Assembly (NCBI RefSeq): GCF_004010195.1
Contig: NC_057759.1
Span: 7,715,910 to 7,779,909 of the forward strand
Direction: 5' to 3'
From: Chiloscyllium plagiosum
Taxonomy: Eukaryota
Length of the DNA stretch: 64,000 nucleotides
Under the pieces are notes generated by a model. That model was not told the DNA's origin and searched no databases. It worked only from the letters and a program-made list of their open reading frames with translations. Positions 52,530-64,000 of the stretch are shown piece by piece; position 1 is the first letter of the stretch; each line of letters starts with the position of its first letter. The position numbers and the translations under genes were made by a program.

Positions 52530-53975
52530 TAGAACATACAACATAGAACATTACAACGCAGTACAGGCCCTTCGGCCCTCGATGTTGCACCGACCTGTCA
52601 TACCAATCTGAAGCCCATCTAACCTCCACTATTCCATGTACGTCCATATGCTTCCCCAATGACGACTTAAATGTACTTAAAGTTGGCGAATCTACTACCG
52701 TTGCAGGCAAAGAATTCCATACTCTTACTACTCTCTGAGTAAAGAAACTACCTCTGACATCTGTCCTATATCTATCACCCCTCAATTTAAAGCTATGCCC
52801 CCTCGTGCTCGCCGTCACCATACTTTGAAAAAGCGTCTCCCTGTCCACCCTATCTAACCCTCTGATTATCTTATATGTCTCTATTAAGTCCCTCTCAACC
52901 TTCTCTCAAACGAAAACAGCTTCAAGTCACAGAGTCACAGAGAGGTACAGCATCGAAACAGACTCTTCGGTCCAACCTGTCCATGCCGACCAGATATCCC
53001 AACCCAAGCGAGTCCCACCTGCCAGCATCAGGCCCATATCCGTCCAAACTCTTCCTATTCACATACCCATCCAAATGCCTCTTAAATGTTGCAATTGTAC
53101 CAGCCTCCAATACTAAAACCTTCCTTCCATACCAGGCAACATCCTAGTAAATCTCCTTTGCACCCTTTCCAAAGCTTCCACATCCTTCTTATAATGCAGT
53201 GACCAGAACTGTGCACAATGCTCCAAGTGTGGTTGCAGCAGGGTTCTGTACCGCTGTAGCATAACCTCATGGTTCTAGAACTCGATCCCTCTTTTAATAA
53301 AAGCTAACACATTGTATGTCTTGTTAACAACCCTGTCGACCTGGGTGGCAACTTTCAAGGATTTGTGTACCTGGACACCGAGATCTCTCTGCTCATTTAC
53401 ACTTCCAAGAATCTTACCATTAATCCAATACTTTGCATTCTGGTTACTCAGACCAAAGTGAATCACCTCATACTTGCCCGCATTAAACACCATTTGCCAC
53501 CTCTCAGCCCAGCTCTGCAGCTTATCTATGTCTCTCTGTAACCTACAACATCCTTCATCACTATCCACAACTCCACCGACCTTAGTGTCATCTGCAAATT
53601 TACTAACCCACCCTTCTACGCCTTCATCCAGGTCGTTTATAAAAATGACGAGCAGCAGTGGACACAACACCGACCCTTGTGTTACACCACTAGTAACTGG
53701 ACTCCAGGATGAACATTTCTCATCAACCACCACCCTCTGTCTTCTTTCAGCAAGCCAATTACTGATCCAAACTGCTATATCTACCACAATCACATTCCTC
53801 CGCATTTTGTACAATAGCCTACTGTGGGGAACCTTATTGAATGCCATGCTGAATTCCATATACACCACATCAACCGGTTTACTCTCATCTACCTGTTTGG
53901 TCACCTTCTCAAATAACTCAGTAAGGCTTGTGAGGCAGGACCTACCTTCACAAAACCGTACTGACTATCCCTAAT
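52530..53975 (-). mobile_element. Younger CR1 LINE 3' half with a nested CR1 3' end (~52927-53112)
   Basis: 209-aa ORF with DVVYMEFSMAFNKVPH...VSKFADDTKVGG; (catagaa)n tail; nested tail of a different subfamily. Confidence 0.92.
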
Positions 53976-55699
53976 CAAATCCCTAATACCTAATGATAGG
54001 CAACACACAGGAGTTCTTTGTTCTAAAAACAATGCAGGGCACACAATCTTGGAATCTTCTGATTCATGACTGTTTCAGCACTATCTCTGTCATTCACTAC
54101 AAATCTGCTATTGAGGGCTTTAACAGTGAGAAAATTTTAATTTTCAATTGACTTTGTAACGGCTGATGGGTGACAGCGATGGACAGAACAGAAAGCTATC
54201 TCTTATTTTACTTTATGCCATATCTGGCAGTTTCATGTGCGGTGAACTAAATGGACATACATGGAGAAAATGTGACAATTATAAAGGGAATTGGTGAGTA
54301 CTTGAATACAGTGTATGTTACATGTTACCGCACGTATGGAGAAAATAGATACTTTGGAACCATTTCATAAAATGTTTGTTGGAACAATACGTGGAATGAG
54401 CGGTTATCTGATGATGCAAGTGTCTCTTTTGGATATTGTAAGATTTGAAGATGCCCTACTTGAAACAGATACTATTCTGAGGGAACTTGGCAGTTGGCTG
54501 GGTAAGAAAGTGTCCTCTTGAGAAATAACCTAGAACTGCAGCTCCTATATTAGTGGCCGCCCATTAAGGTAAGGTTAGGGAGAGAAAATATCTCAGTTGG
54601 TTTTCAATGTTTGAAATACCCTTCCTCAAAATATACTGAACACAAAATCTTTATGTTTTTATGGCAGAGCTGAACACTTTCTTGACACCCCGGAGTTTGA
54701 AAGAAAATTCGGAGTGGGTGCAGGGTTGTAAAAATATAGATTTGACGCTAAAATTGAACAGTCGTGCTCTCATTGAATGTTGGAAGGGCTGAGTAACCTT
54801 TATAATTTGCCCTGCTGACTTTTTTGTTCCTATATGTTGTGGACCTATTGCATTGGAATATTTCAATAACTAAAGTCAACAATTACAGACCTATTTGAAA
54901 TTGAGTTGGAGTAATGTTGCCGATTTATAATTGCTGCACAAACACATTCCCTTATGGAGTCATTCAATCACGGTTTGGAGGTCAAGTTGAAAATTGATCA
55001 AATGTCCACATTTTAGAAAAGACAACCCATTTCCAAAGCATTGTTATGAGTTTTGGTTTTTGTAATTACGTATTTGTTCATAGTCTGTGGGGAAAAGTGG
55101 CTAGAATAACAGTTGTTGTCCATCTGGAATTGCTCAAGCAGCATCCACGAGTCAATAATATTGCTATATTTATGGAATCGTAGTGTTGGCCAGGCCAATT
55201 CAAAATGGCAAAATTACTTCCAGCAGCGAATTTTGTCAAGCATGCTTCATCGTCTTCTCCAGTGGGACTTAAACCCAATTACCCAGAAAATCAGGTTTGT
55301 GTGTTTTAAAGTACCAGCCCAGCAATATTCCCTCATTCACGTTGAATTCAGCAAATTATACTGAGCAGAATGACACAGAAAAATATGTTGATCTAAATTC
55401 TCGCTCAGAAATGGGATAAGGGTGCATTTGTTTATTACAATTAAGTGGAATATTTCTCTTCACGGCGACTATTACAGATTGAGATAACTACACAGACCAG
55501 GAAAAAAAATTCCATCAAGCCAACTGGTTTCTTGAATTTCGTCCAAATGTTAAGCTCAGAGCTGAGGGAAGAGGCACTAGCAAGAACATCATGAATGACA
55601 TGTTTGAAATTCTGTGATTTTTTTCCCCACATCGCTTGAATGCATAAAACGCTACCCTGAATTTGAAGCTTGCTTGCTAGTTATTATAGTTGTGGCTAT

Positions 55700-56210
55700 G
55701 TTCGCCGACCTAAGAAGTTGATTTTCAGACGTACTGCATTGCAGCTTCCTGAAACGTGCTGCTGCGCTGTGTCTTGTGGAATTTACTTGGTTCCATTCTT
55801 GCTACTTCCTGTTGTCTGTTCCAGTTATAGTCACTGGCATATTGAGTGTCGGCTACATGCCTTTTGATGGAGTCCGCGAATGAATGCCATGCTTCGAGAA
55901 ATTATCTGGCTGTCATCTGTTTGGCTTGACCTATGGTCGTTGTGCTGCCCCAGTCAAAATTATGGTGCCATAGACTAACAGCCACCTCAGACAATGACTC
56001 AAGAGGACAATAGATCCTACACCCATAATTTTCAAGACAATTTACAATTTTCCATGCATAGACTGAACAAAACATATGATAGGACCAACAGGCATACAGC
56101 TAGCACTCTGCATCTACGAACACCAATTAGACACTAAATGCGACAACCAGTTTTCCCTAGTAACTACACACAGAGATTATGACAGCCACAATTTCGACTA
56201 GAACAGCAAG
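55700..56210. mobile_element. Inverted pair of Penelope-like GIY-YIG fragments
   Basis: The minus piece (55700-55968) encodes HNFDW...FLEAWHS; the plus piece (~55970-56210) encodes the upstream part of the domain, ending HNFD. Confidence 0.65.
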
Positions 56211-57572
56211 AACTCAATTAAATTTGGAACCTTGGAGTCCTTACCTCAATGAGGTAAGGCTTTTATTTTTTCTTTATCTTTCTTTTTCATACATTTAAAT
56301 GCATTGTTTGGTATTAGTTAGTTCATAAATAGTTAAGCTTACAATGGCAGGGGACTTCAGACCCGTGGTATGTGTCTCTTGCTTGATGTGGAAGCGTAGG
56401 AACGTGTCTGACATTCCTGACTCTTTCACTTGCAAGAAGTGTGTCCAGCTGTAACTATTGTTTGACCGCATGACAGCTCTGGAGCTGCGGATGGATCCAC
56501 TGTGGAGCATTCGCGATGCTGAGGAGGTCGTGGATAGCACGTTTAGTGAACTGGCCACCCCGTAGGTTAGAATTGCTGAAGGAGACAGTGAATAAGTGAG
56601 AAAAAGACAGCTAAAGAATAGGAGACAGAGCAGGTATCCCCTGCGGTCATCTCCCTCCAAAACAGGTATACCGTTTTGGATACTGTTGGGGGAGATGGCT
56701 CACCAGGGGAGGGCAGCAGTTGCCAGGATCATGGCACCGTGACGGGCACTGCTGTTAAGAAGGGCGGAAAAAAGATTCGTAGGGCCATAGTCACAGGGAA
56801 TTCTGTTGTAAGGGATGTCGGTAGGCGGTTTTGTGGCCGAAAACGGGATTCCCGGATGGTATGTTACCTCCCAGGTGCTAAGGTCAGGGATGTCACTGAT
56901 CGGCTGCAGAGCATTCAAAAAGGGGAGAGTGAACAGCCAGTTGTCTTGGTGCAAATAGGCACCAACGATATAATTAGAAAACGAGATGAGGTCCTGAAAG
57001 AATAATTCAGGGAGCTAGGAGACAACCAGCGTAGAAACGAAAAAAAAGGCAGAATGAACATGTGGCTTGAGAGATGGAGGGAGGCATTCAGATTTGTTGG
57101 ACATTGGGAACGGATCTGGGGGTTGTTGGTCCATTACAAAATGGACGGTCTACATCTGAACCAGACCAGAACCAATGTCCTCGGGGGAATTTTTGCTACT
57201 TCTGTTAGGGAGGTTTTAAACTAATGTGGGAGTGGACTAGGAACTAGAAGTGAAAACAAGTAGGCACCGAGATGCAGACCGGAGACCAAGAATTATGAAG
57301 GTAACATCAATAAAGGGAAGAGTAGGCAGCAAGCAGATGAGCACAAAAAGTGCTGGTGGCCTGAAATGCATCTACATTAATGCAAGGAGTACAGTGTGTG
57401 AGGCGGATGAACTTAGGTATTGGATTGCTGCCTGGGAGTATGACATTATTGCACTCACAGAGACTTGGTTGAAGGAAGAGCATGATGATTGGCAACTAAA
57501 TGTTCCAAGATATTGACGCTTCAGACAGGACAGGGAGGGATGTAAAAGGTGGGGTGAAGTTGCATTGCTGGT

Positions 57573-57605
<33 letters not shown>

Positions 57606-59585
57606 ATGTGGAGTTGCAGTGATGGTCAGGGACAATATCACGGCTGTGTTAATGGAGCACACTATGGAAATCTTGGGTAGTGAGGCGTTATGGGGCTGAG
57701 AAATGAGAAGGGTGCAGTTACATTGTTGGAGCTGTATTAAAGGCCTCCCAACAATGAGCGTGAGGTAAAAGAACAAATAGGTAAACAGATTATGGAAAGA
57801 TGTAGAGGCAATAGTGTAGTGGTGATGGGATATTTTAATTTTCCAAACATTGGCTGGGATGCACTTAGCATCAGAGGTCTGGATGGAGTAGAATTTGTAA
57901 GAAACGTCCATTTGTAAGAAAAGGAAAGCGTACATAATGTCTGGGCAGCGAAGAACAGACTGGCCCTTGAGGAATATCGGAAGAGTAGGACATGTCTTAA
58001 ATGAGGAATCAAACGGGCGAAAATTGGTCATGAAATAGCTTTAGCGAGCAGAATGAAGGAGAATCCCAAAGCGTTTTATTCTTTTATAAGAAACAAGTGG
58101 GTAACGAGAAATTGGATTGGTCCACTAAAGGATAACAAAGGAAGGCTGTGAGTCGAACCTCTGCGACTGGGTGAGATTCTGAATGATAACTTTGCATCAG
58201 TGTTCACTGAGGAAAGGAAATTGATGAATGTTGATATTAGAGGTAAATGTTTGATTATTCTGTATCACGTTGACATGAGTAGGGAAGAAATGTTGGGTAG
58301 GGTAAAGGTTATTAAGGTGGACAAATCCCCAGGGCCGGATGGGATCTANNNNNNNNNNNNNNNNNNNNNNNNNNNNNNNNNNNNNNNNNNNNNNNNNNNN
58401 NNNNNNNNNNNNNNNNNNNNNNNNNNNNNNNNNNNNNNNNNNNNNNNNNNNNNNNNNNNNNNNNNNNNNNNNNNNNNNNNNNNNNNNNNNNNNNNNNNNN
58501 NNNNNNNNNNNNNNNNNNNNNNNNNNNNNNNNNNNNNNNNNNNNNNNNNNNNNNNNNNNNNNNNNNNNNNNNNNNNNNNNNNNNNNNNNNNNNNNNNNNN
58601 NNNNNNNNNNNNNNNNNNNNNNNNNNNNNNNNNNNNNNNNNNNNNNNNNNNNNNNNNNNNNNNNNNNNNNNNNNNNNNNNNNNNNNNNNNNNNNNNNNNN
58701 NNNNNNNNNNNNNNNNNNNNNNNNNNNNNNNNNNNNNNNNNNNNNNNNNNNNNNNNNNNNNNNNNNNNNNNNNNNNNNNNNNNNNNNNNNNNNNNNNNNN
58801 NNNNNNNNNNNNNNNNNNNNNNNNNNNNNNNNNNNNNNNNNNNNNNNNNNNNNNNNNNNNNNNNNNNNNNNNNNNNNNNNNNNNNNNNNNNNNNNNNNNN
58901 NNNNNNNNNNNNNNNNNNNNNNNNNNNNNNNNNNNNNNNNNNNNNNNNNNNNNNNNNNNNNNNNNNNNNNNNNNNNNNNNNNNNNNNNNNNNNNNNNNNN
59001 NNNNNNNNNNNNNNNNNNNNNNNNNNNNNNNNNNNNNNNNNNNNNNNNNNNNNNNNNNNNNNNNNNNNNNNNNNNNNNNNNNNNNNNNNNNNNNNNNNNN
59101 NNNNNNNNNNNNNNNNNNNNNNNNNNNNNNNNNNNNNNNNNNNNNNNNNNNNNNNNNNNNNNNNNNNNNNNNNNNNNNNNNNNNNNNNNNNNNNNNNNNN
59201 NNNNNNNNNNNNNNNNNNNNNNNNNNNNNNNNNNNNNNNNNNNNNNNNNNNNNNNNNNNNNNNNNNNNNNNNNNNNNNNNNNNNNNNNNNNNNNNNNNNN
59301 NNNNNNNNNNNNNNNNNNNNNNNNNNNNNNNNNNNNNNNNNNGGGGGGGGGTAGGTATAGGACAGATGTTAGGGGTATATTCTTTACTCAGCGAGTCGTG
59401 AGTTCATGGAATGCCCTGCCAGTAGCAGTGGTGGACTCTCCTTCATTATGGGCATTTAAACGTGCATTGGATAGGCATATGGAGGATAGTGGGCTAGTGT
59501 AGGTTAGGTGGCCTTGGATCGGCGCAACATCGAGGGCCAAAGGGCCTGTACTGCGCTGTATTCTTCTATGTTCTATGTTCTATAT
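56210..59585 (+). mobile_element. Near full-length decayed CR1 LINE spanning the gap
   Basis: ORF1 from ATG 56344 with zinc finger (CVSC...CKKC) and esterase (AIVTGNSVVR...LPGAKV...GTND); ORF2 LKCIYINARS...IALTETWL; DKSPGPDGI before the gap; 3' tail (ttctatg)n after the gap. Continuity across the gap is assumed. Confidence 0.85.
58349..59342. other. Assembly gap (994 N)
   Basis: Run of N. Confidence 1.
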
Positions 59586-60745
59586 ACATGGACTTTACTA
59601 AGGCGTTTGATAAGGTTCCCCATGGTAGAATGATGGAGAAAGTGAAGTCACATAGTATGCAGGGTGTTCTCGCTAAGTGGATAACGAACTGGTTGAGCAA
59701 CAGGAGACAGAGAGTAGTAGCTGAAGGGAGTTTCTCGAAATGGAAAAAGGTAACCAGGGGCCACTGTTGTTGTAATGTAAATGATCTGGAAGAGGGTACT
59801 GTTGGTTTGATCAGCACGTTTGCAGATGACAAGAAGATTGGTGGAGTAGCAGAAAGCATAAGGGACTGTCCGAGAACACAAGAGGATATACATAGACTGG
59901 AGAGATGGGCGGAAGAGTGGCAGATGGTTTTCAATCCAGACAAATGTGAGGTGATGCATTTCGCCAAGAATCATTCTCAAGCGAATTATACAACGAACGG
60001 AAAAGCCATGGGAAAAGTTGATGGGCAGAGAGATCTGGGAGTGCAGTTCCATTGTACCCTGAAGTTTGCTGCAAAGGTGGATAGAGTGGTCAAGAAGGTA
60101 TATAGTATGTTTGCCTTCATTGGGCGGGGTATTGAGTTATAAGAGCTGACAAGTCATGTTAAAATTGCACAAGACATTGATTCGGCCGCATTTAGAATAC
60201 TGTGTACAGTTCTGGTCGCCACATTACCAAAAAGATGTGGACGTTTTGGAGAGGGGGCAGAGAAGATTTACAAGAATGTTGCCTGGTATGGAAGGTGACA
60301 GCTATTAAGCCAGCTTGAGTAGGTTAGGTTTATTTTCATTAGAAAAAAGGAGATTGAGGGGGGACCTGATTGAGGTTTACAAAATCATGAAGGGTACAGA
60401 CAGGGTGGATAGCGACAAGCTTTTTCCCAGGGTGAGGGATTCAATAACGAGAGGTCACTCTATCCAGGCGAGAGGTGGAATGTTTAAGCGGGATACACGT
60501 GGCACGGACTTCACACAGAGGGTGGCGGCTGTTTGGAACGCGTTGCCAGCAGAGGTGGTTGAGGCAGGCACGGTAGATTCATTTAAGATGCGTCTGGACA
60601 AATGCATGAGTAGGTGGGGAGCAGAGGGATACAGATGCTGAGGAATTGGGCGACCGGTTTAGACAGTTGATTTGGATCAGCTCAGGCTTGGCGGGCTGAA
60701 GGGCCTGTTCATGTGCTGTAAATTTTCTTTATTCTTTGTACTTTG
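59583..60745 (+). mobile_element. 5'-truncated CR1 LINE
   Basis: MDFTKAFDKVPHGR...FADDKK...RLRGDLIEVYKIMKG; 3' tail. Confidence 0.92.
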
Positions 60746-60749
60746 TGAT

Positions 60750-61760
60750 TTTCTTAAAACGATGACTATCCCTGACTTGACCATGCCTTTCTATGTGACA
60801 TTTCTTCTGATTTCTCAGTAGCAACTCCAACGATTTACCCACAATTGACGCAGCACTTCTTTTTGTCATCCCCTTTGGGGTTTTTTTTAAACAACTGAAT
60901 CACATTTGCATTTTATTTAATTTCTCTGCATCTATGTGAAGTTCAGAAAATAATCCTCATGGCATTTTCAATTGCCCAACTGGCCTCCTTCAAAATCATT
61001 GGGAATAATCCAACTAGCCCCATAGCTACTTTCAAGGATTTCACTTCCTAAACTTCCCTCTTATTATGATTCTTTTTTCCGAATGATCGAACTTCCTTCT
61101 GTTGAATTGCTATATCGACACCATCCCTTTCCTGTGTGAATGTGGAGACGAGTGATTCTGTTAAAATTCTTTCTTTACCCTCTGCATCTTCACTTGTGTT
61201 CCCTTCATCTCTGATATGTTCCAATTTGACTTAACCCCACTTTTACTGATCAATTACAGGTTCAATACCCGTGGGCCTTTCTATATCTTGCCAATGTATT
61301 TTTTTCATGCCATCATTTTTTTTTTTATTTCACGTGATCCCTCCACTTTGTACACTCCTGTACGCGAGCTGCAGCATCGAGTTTTTTTGGGGAGCAATCT
61401 CAAGCTTTCCGTTTCTGTTAAATATTGCCTTGTATTTTTCTACTTTACCATGAGGATCGAGATTTGGTGCTACCATTATTATTTTTGGAGGTGCCCCAAC
61501 GATCTCAGTTTTGCTGTCGTACCTTCAAACAGTTTGACACTGCTCTTTTGCAGTCCTGGCGATTCAACCTCAACCAAACCACGACTCAGTTTTGTAAAAT
61601 TTGCCGTCCCTGAATTAAAACCTTTAACTCCTGATTTGTCTCTCTCCTTCTCCGTAATAATACGGAATCTAACTGATTTGGGTTCACGGTGCATGATTAC
61701 TTGGTCACTCACTGTGAGTCTACCCACTTGCGCATTATCATTTCCCACACCAAATCCGAA
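60750..61760 (-). mobile_element. Old CR1 endonuclease-linker fragment
   Basis: SVRFRIITEKERDKSGVKGFNSGTANFTKL resembles the CR1 post-APE linker. Confidence 0.6.
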
Positions 61761-61830
61761 ATTTGATTTGACTTGATTTGATTCCTTTGATTTGATTTCA
61801 TTTCACTTCGTTTGATCTCATTTGATTTAG
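61761..61830. repeat. Degenerate (GATTT)n pentanucleotide repeat
   Basis: atttgatttgacttgatttgattcc... Confidence 0.8.
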
Positions 61831-62728
61831 TGTGCATGTGCAGGAATTCGAGCATAGAAGTTGGAACGTTGTACAGAACTGAGGCCTCTTCTGCAATGGG
61901 GTCTACTTTTCTGGCCGCCCTACCATTGGTAGGATATTATTAAGTCGGAGATGGTTCAGAAAAGATTTACGAGGATGTTGCCAGGCATAGAGGGTTTCAG
62001 TTATTACATTTGGACAAATAAGTTGGAGCTTTTTTCAAAGTAGCTGGAAATTTGTTGGATGACCTTTGCAAAGCTTTTTAAAATCGTGAGGGACATAAAT
62101 TGCCTGTTCTTTTTTCCTACCTCAAACCATAGCGTCTCACTTGTTTACATGGTTAACCTTCAGCCAACTGCATTTGATACTGTAAGTAATGCTGCTACTC
62201 CCCCACCTTTATTTCGCACAACTCTATCCTCCGAAAATCTCTGTACCGATGGATAACCTCCTTATCGAGATATAATCACAGCAACGGTATTATGGTGCTA
62301 GGTGTCTATTTGCTATTTCACTTCAACTGCCTTGCTTGTAATACTTCATTCGTTGAAATAAAAATGGCTCAACATAATACTTTCACTCTGTTAGATGCTT
62401 CCAGATTTTTTTCGTCTTTCGGAATTGCTGACTACATCACTAAATATCGTTCTATATTACGTTTCATGATGTATATCTGACGCATCTAAGCCTACACTTT
62501 TGTACCCATCCCCGCGCTGAACTGGTTAAAATGTCACCAACGGAAATGCCAAAAGCCCCCGTGAGAATTTTGTTTATTGCACTGCTCACGTGCAAACCAT
62601 TCGATTTCAACTGGTCCCATCTCTCACAGGTATGGACCCAACGCTTCATGAATCGAAACCCCAGCTAAGACCAACATTACTCCATCCATGCAATAATCTA
62701 ATCTATCCTCTACCTAAAATCCAGTCAT

Positions 62729-63038
62729 TAGATTAAATTGGATTACATTACAGCGTGGAAACAGGCCCTTCGGCCCAACATGTCCACACCGACCCGCCGA
62801 AGCACCCATACCCCTACATTTACCCCTAACCTAACACTACGGGCAATTTAGCATGGCCAATTCACCTAACCTGCACCTCTTTTGGAGTGTGGGAGGAAAC
62901 CGGAGTATCCGGAGGAAACCCACGCAGACAAGGGGAGAACGTGCAAACTCCACACAGTCAGTCGCCTGAGGCGGGAATTGAACCCGGGTCTCAGGCACTG
63001 TGAGGCAGCAGTGCTAACCACTGTGCCACGTGCCGCCC
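62729..63038 (-). mobile_element. Young V-SINE (HE1-like)
   Basis: Near-intact A/B boxes, V-domain and tail. Confidence 0.92.
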
Positions 63039-63737
63039 ATATACACATGTACACATTTGATTCGAGCGGCCACTACAGTGTTAAATATTTCTCCACGTTC
63101 AGTATCATCAAGAGTTAGAGTGAATTAGGATCTATAGGCCAAAATTTAAATAAGGATTTTATTTAATAAACCCTGCTTTCGATTAAAATTGTGCATCATT
63201 TTATCAGCAAGAACCAATAAACAACAATCAATTAACGTTTACAGCTGACAAATCTCTTTCGATCACTCATATGTGTATCCAGATTACGGGGCAACATAGG
63301 TTTTCTGTAAGTAATCTTTGCATAAAATGGACGGTACAAATTTTCGCAACGAAGCAAAATTCACGTCTGTCCCTTTGCCATGAACGACTCCCCACACCCT
63401 ATTATTTTATCAGCATCCTTCGTCGCCATTCATGTCCAAGAACATGAATCCTCCAATGAATTAATTGGTCGTATTGTCAAAGCGGGAACATTTTGCCTAT
63501 AGCCGCAAAGAACTGTCGATGTGCTCACAATTACAGAGGTCAATTAATTCTAGGTGCTCGCATACTTATGACATTTTCATTTGGGTTGTGGATGTTTGAT
63601 TTCCGAAACAACGTCTTAAGAAAGGTCTAGTTGTTTTTGGGACTTTTGAGTCGCCAGCATGATTCAAAGTTAAATGCTGAGAGCAGTTTGCACAGATTTA
63701 ATGTTTGTCCCCTCTAATGCCAGGGTTCATTGGTAGT

Positions 63738-63825
63738 TCAGAGTCGAAAGTATGGTGCTGGAAAAGCATAGCAGGCCAGGCTGGGAGATGGAGAATCGAC
63801 GTTTCAGGCAAAAGACCTTCATGAA
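63738..63825 (-). mobile_element. Short Penelope-like tail fragment, hammerhead core degenerate
   Basis: Reverse complement reads ATGAAGGTCTTTTGCCTGAAACGTCGATTCTC. Confidence 0.7.
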
Positions 63826-64000
63826 TAACTATTCATTGGTAGTTCAGCAATTTCAGAAGCCCTTTTCTATGAAATGCATGCAGTGGAGCAATGTCGCCTG
63901 ATTTTTTCATTTAGTCAGAGGTAGTCCTGTTATAGAAAATTGAATGACCAAGCTGACACTCATTAGTATAGAAGAATGAAAGTTGACCAGAATGAAGCTT

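Noticed and set aside
58200-59502. 384- and 387-aa ORFs
   Set aside because: They are translations of the N gap.
61216-61776. 186-aa hydrophobic plus-strand ORF
   Set aside because: It is antisense to a decayed CR1, with T-rich bias and no domain.
1-64000. Prokaryotic systems (CRISPR array, operons, retrons)
   Set aside because: The sequence is vertebrate intron/intergenic DNA with no regularly spaced repeat-spacer array; all RT fragments are CR1, PLE or Gypsy type.

Overview
AT-rich vertebrate genomic DNA, almost certainly from an elasmobranch (shark). The repeats resemble HE1-type V-SINEs, SacSINE1-like DeuSINEs, CR1 LINEs with esterase ORF1, and Penelope-like elements. The only host gene I can support is the 5' half of a minus-strand Ig-superfamily receptor of leukocyte-receptor-complex (LILR/IGSF1/A1BG)-like type. 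Its exons are signal-peptide exon 1 (16149-16179), a probable 24-nt signal-peptide mini-exon (11360-11383), a 300-nt C2-type Ig exon (820-1119), and a second Ig exon whose acceptor and first 111 nt have been tandemly duplicated (243-bp unit at the left edge). The ~48 kb upstream is made of decayed retroelements. It includes a Gmr1-like Ty3/Gypsy element with integrase before RT, a ~3.16-kb tandem duplication that copied its 5' LTR, and an older ~5-kb segmental duplication that lacks the LTR. It also holds two long CR1 copies, many CR1 fragments and SINEs, Penelope-like fragments with minimal hammerhead-ribozyme cores, and one 994-N gap. Repeat boundaries were set by eye and are approximate, and no database searches were run. 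I found no clearly new system beyond the receptor gene and its unusual exon architecture.
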